DNA of 64,000 nucleotides from an uncultured Coriobacteriaceae bacterium. Lineage in GTDB: Bacteria; Actinomycetota; Coriobacteriia; Coriobacteriales; QAMH01. Position 1 is the stretch's first letter. Each line of letters begins with the position of its first letter. The notes under the pieces are model-generated. The model did not search any database. It worked only from the letters and a program-made list of their open reading frames with translations, and had not been told where the DNA came from. Location: assembly GCA_900544245.1 (NCBI GenBank), contig UQUH01000001.1, forward strand, positions 5,928-69,927, given 5' to 3'. Below are positions 62,547 to 64,000 of this stretch, piece after piece. The position numbers were made by a program, and so were the translations under genes.

Positions 62547-63812
62547 CTAGCGGTTTTTGCCGGTACCAAATCCCTTGGGCACGGGGATCACGGATCCAGC
62601 GCAGGCCGCGATGAGCATGAACACGACGGCCTTGACGGGGAAGCACAGGATGAGAAGCAGGGCGACCATGAGCGGCTGGCGCATGACGACGCCCAGCAGC
62701 GCAGCCGTACACACGCAGAGCGCAAACACGGGGTCGACGCCCATGAGGCCGGCGCACGCATAGCCAATCGAGATGCCCGCGAAGATGATGGGGAAGAAAT
62801 GCCCGCCACGCCAGCCGAGGCCAAGGCAGATCTGCGTCGAGAGCACCTTGAGAAAGCCGGTTGCCAGCAGAATGGGAATGCCCATGCCCATCCATTGTTC
62901 GGCGAGCACCTCGGTCTGGGATTCTCCCGCGAACATCGTGAAGGGCAGGAAGATGCCGATACCGCCGAGAACGACCCCCGCGATGACGGCCTTGAGCACC
63001 GGGCGTTCGCCGAGCCTCGTCGAAATCCAGCGCACGCCGGCGCCAAACGCATGGAAGAGCCACCCCGCGCATGCGCCGATGAGCATGATGGGGACCATCC
63101 ATGCGATTTCGTGGATCGAAACGTCCATCTCCGTAAAACGGGGCAGCCCCAAGCCGCTGCCGACAAGGGTGCTGAGGAGCGTGAAGACGCCCAGCGCCCC
63201 CGCAATCGAAAGCAGGTAGACGACGATTTTCAAGGGCCTTGGCACTTCGACGCGTGGAGTGTCTCCCGTCCCTGCCTTGCCTTCGGATTCGTCGGCATAG
63301 CCAAAGAGCGGAGCTGCCAGGCCAAAGAGCGGGGCTGCGAAGATTGCCGAGATGATGGCGGCGGTTCCCGCATTCGCGAGTTCGCGCATCTCGCTCCCCA
63401 CGAACCTGAGCCTGTCGCCAACCCAGGTGCATAGTCCCGCGATGACGCCCGTGAGTCCGGCTTCCGGACCGATGCTCCCGCCAAACATGAGCGGCATGAG
63501 TGCCCCGAGAAACATCGCTTTGATGTGCTTGTACTCGTAGCGCCCGCTTTTTTTGACCTCTGCGAGCACGGTGTTCATGTCATCGGGATACGGTCCGACG
63601 CGCTTCTGGAACAGTCCGATGGCAAGACCTCCCAGGGTGCAGAATACGAGCGGATAGAACAGCGCGGGACATCCGATGCCCCCGAGAAAGGCGGGGGCTT
63701 GGTTCCACAGCAAGTCGATCCCCAGGTTCATGAGGAAGAAAAAGGCCCAGCAAAAGGCACCGGCAAAGGCGCCGAAGGCAATGGTCAAAAGCACGAAGAG
63801 CGCTCGTCTCAC
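62547..63812 (-). CDS. ClC-family chloride channel / H+-Cl- antiporter
   Basis: 421 aa polytopic protein with the selectivity-filter motifs GGSIGPEAG and GHFFPI (GxFxP type). GTG start. Confidence 0.85.
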   Translation of the reverse strand: MRRALFVLLTIAFGAFAGAFCWAFFFLMNLGIDLLWNQAPAFLGGIGCPALFYPLVFCTLGGLAIGLFQKRVGPYPDDMNTVLAEVKKSGRYEYKHIKAMFLGALMPLMFGGSIGPEAGLTGVIAGLCTWVGDRLRFVGSEMRELANAGTAAIISAIFAAPLFGLAAPLFGYADESEGKAGTGDTPRVEVPRPLKIVVYLLSIAGALGVFTLLSTLVGSGLGLPRFTEMDVSIHEIAWMVPIMLIGACAGWLFHAFGAGVRWISTRLGERPVLKAVIAGVVLGGIGIFLPFTMFAGESQTEVLAEQWMGMGIPILLATGFLKVLSTQICLGLGWRGGHFFPIIFAGISIGYACAGLMGVDPVFALCVCTAALLGVVMRQPLMVALLLILCFPVKAVVFMLIAACAGSVIPVPKGFGTGKNR

Positions 63813-63814
63813 GA

Positions 63815-64000
63815 CTATTCCTCCTCGTCGGCCTCGTCAGCTTCGGATTGCGCGCTCAGGGGCAAGCGCCGGTTTCTCTGCGCCCGAAACTCCTCGACGA
63901 ATCCCGCCGAGAAGATGCCCGCCGGGATGGCGACGACGGCAATCGAGAGGACCATGACGACGAAGCCGATGATCCTTCCCAGCGCGGTGATGGGGACGAG
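63815..64000 (-). CDS. Potassium/ion channel protein, C-terminal end only (the gene continues right of the window)
   Basis: My reverse translation is LVPITALGRIIGFVVMVLSIAVVAIPAGIFSAGFVEEFRAQRNRRLPLSAQSEADEADEEE*. This matches the post-filter inner helix of K+ channel pore domains. The stop at 63815-63817 lies 2 nt from the ClC start. Confidence 0.7.
   Translation of the reverse strand, partial: LVPITALGRIIGFVVMVLSIAVVAIPAGIFSAGFVEEFRAQRNRRLPLSAQSEADEADEEE

Noticed and set aside
1-64000. CRISPR arrays, rRNA genes, transposases, integrases, phage or toxin-antitoxin modules and known defence genes
   Set aside because: While reading both strands I recognised no regularly spaced direct repeats, no rRNA-like sequence and no ORF with recombinase, nuclease or helicase signatures. 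I could not run a systematic search.

Overview
The window is a high-GC chromosome segment. Hand counts of sample lines give about 62-65% GC. Gene content (mreBCD-mrdA-rodA, a membrane-anchored LuxR regulator, LPXTG-like surface proteins) suggests a rod-shaped Gram-positive actinobacterium, probably Coriobacteriia/Eggerthellaceae-like; this is inference only.

Positions 1-31.4 kb are a dense, mostly plus-strand housekeeping block:
- partial PBP1A, ferredoxin, RumA-type methyltransferase, tRNA-Arg(CCG), cyclophilin, a TPR protein and ndk
- mreB-mreC-mreD-mrdA-rodA
- a radical-SAM/DUF2344 pair, then rplU-rpmA
- glmS-acpS-nnrD-alr-udg-tsaE, joined by start/stop overlaps
- a J-domain protein, an HlyD-like protein and a fused tsaB-tsaD
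- groES-groEL, EamA plus a thioesterase, and a frameshifted CNNM/TlyC gene
- a stand-alone initiator tRNA with its own promoter and terminator

Positions 31.4-64 kb look accessory:
- an adhesin-histidine kinase-response regulator operon and a GyrI-like protein
- a MoeA-like/FecBCD-type ABC/P-loop NTPase/DUF364/flavodoxin cluster bracketed by two copies of a 46-nt element
- an ABC-2 exporter
- a roughly 9-kb low-GC island (GPH transporter, PucR regulator, isomerase-like protein, SufE-X-Y-SufS, NAT-Usp fusion) whose three upstream regions share one palindromic site
- a LuxR regulator, a ClC channel and a partial K+ channel gene

The best candidate for a new system is a cobalamin-riboswitch-like leader. 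It precedes a 1382-aa surface protein (tandem beta-sandwich repeats, a DUF4430/transcobalamin-like domain, a PQQ-like beta-propeller) and a second DUF4430 protein. I read this as a putative corrinoid-capture module.

I recognised no CRISPR array, rRNA, transposase or integrase. All domain calls come from reading the translations by eye and need HMM or structure confirmation.
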